Assembly (NCBI RefSeq): GCF_036321535.1
Contig: NC_087436.1
Coordinates: forward strand, 111,354,001 to 111,418,000
Origin: Camelus dromedarius
Taxonomy: Eukaryota
Reading direction: 5' to 3'
DNA: 64,000 nucleotides
Under the pieces are notes generated by a model that searched no databases, was not told the DNA's origin, and saw only the letters and a list, made by a program, of their open reading frames with translations. The translations under genes were made by a program, and so were the position numbers. Positions 63,939 through 64,000 of the stretch are shown piece after piece. How positions within the stretch are numbered: the first letter of the stretch is position 1; every line of letters begins with the position of its first letter.

Positions 63939-63971
<33 letters not shown>
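63754..63971. repeat. Compound (CA)n/(CACG)n/poly-C microsatellite in QDPR intron 3
   Basis: Directly visible. Confidence 0.95.
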
Positions 63972-63973
<2 letters not shown>

Positions 63974-64000
63974 GCCACGAGAGTCTCCTGGAGTGTCAGG

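Noticed and set aside
63638..63978. Cys/Val-rich ORFs
   Set aside because: They are translations of the (GT)n microsatellite.

Overview
Mammalian genomic DNA, probably camelid (inferred from Vic-1-like tRNA-derived SINEs), carrying the conserved LAP3-CLRN2-QDPR block. LAP3 (cytosol/leucine aminopeptidase, M17 family) is on the minus strand: coding exons 1-10 are present (20088 to 2777) and the remaining 3' exons lie left of the window. CLRN2 (clarin-2) is complete on the minus strand, with 3 exons encoding 232 aa. QDPR (dihydropteridine reductase) is on the plus strand, head-to-head with CLRN2, with exons 1-3 present. All exons have GT-AG boundaries and join in frame. The rest is CpG-island promoters, L1/L2/MIR/LTR/DNA-transposon relics and microsatellites. 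I found no evidence of a new gene system. The most interesting non-gene signals are a GAS/IRF/ETS-IRF motif cluster and a separate homeodomain/POU/TALE/E-box cluster in LAP3 intron 2, a TSD-flanked polyadenylated retroposed fragment in LAP3 intron 7, an out-of-frame uATG overlapping both LAP3 start codons, two local direct duplications, and two minimal retrotransposition scars. Repeat family names come from recognition, not from a database search.
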